DNA of 63,892 nucleotides, filler included, from Octopus bimaculoides (lineage: Eukaryota), in the NCBI RefSeq assembly GCF_001194135.2. It is 7 parts of 5 records of this genome, joined end to end, with 100 filler letters (N's around TTAATTAATTAA, not from the genome) between each part and the next. Parts side by side here need not be neighbours in the genome. Positions count along the whole stretch, not along the records: positions 51,387 to 63,892 come from NC_068998.1; 6 more parts are not named here. The stretch is one strand, 5' to 3'. This document shows, piece after piece, positions 63,805 to 63,892 of the stretch (position 1 is the first letter of the stretch; each line of letters starts with the position of its first letter). The position numbers were made by a program, and so were the translations under genes. The notes beneath the pieces are model-generated. The model did not search any database. It was given only the letters and a program-made list of their open reading frames with translations, and was not told the origin of the DNA.

Positions 63805-63870
63805 ACTCTCAAGGCGGTGCCCCAGCATGGTCGCCGTCTAATGGCTGAAACAAGTAGAAAGAAAAAAAAG
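63805..63870 (+). mobile_element. Isolated SINE A / LINE-type 3' tail
   Basis: aaggcggtgccccagcatggtcgccgtctaatggctgaaacaagtagaaag. Confidence 0.75.
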
Positions 63871-63892
63871 ATATGTATATGTGGATGTATAT

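Overview
AT-rich, gap-riddled eukaryotic (animal) non-coding DNA with roughly a quarter of the window as N gaps. I cannot support any host protein-coding exon, rRNA, true tRNA gene or CRISPR array. The SINE families and microsatellite load resemble those of coleoid cephalopods, probably Octopus; that assignment is from recall of the repeats, not a search. Almost all ORFs in the track are microsatellite or N artefacts. What can be supported: (i) many copies of three tRNA-headed SINE families, called A, B and C here; (ii) fragments of several retroelement clades: a CR1-like RT, a stop-free RTE-like RT, a second degraded RTE RT, an L1/Tx1-like RT, an R4/Dong-like REL endonuclease next to (TAA)n, and a Penelope GIY-YIG endonuclease; (iii) dense simple repeats; (iv) the scaffold spacer TTAATTAATTAA inside gaps. 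The main unexplained signal, read by eye, is a set of minimal type I hammerhead ribozyme motifs (CUGANGA...GAAA...UH with very short, palindrome-like helix III) from at least five sequence-unrelated families. Three have complete catalytic cores and paired helices (17889-17960, 20399-20497, and 63306-63350 on the minus strand). Others carry point lesions or decay (2162, 25484, 31691, and a pair in the two arms of a ~150 bp inverted repeat at 48043-48383). They fit the known Penelope-like-element pseudo-LTR hammerheads, here apparently left as solo ribozyme-bearing termini. Activity is untested.
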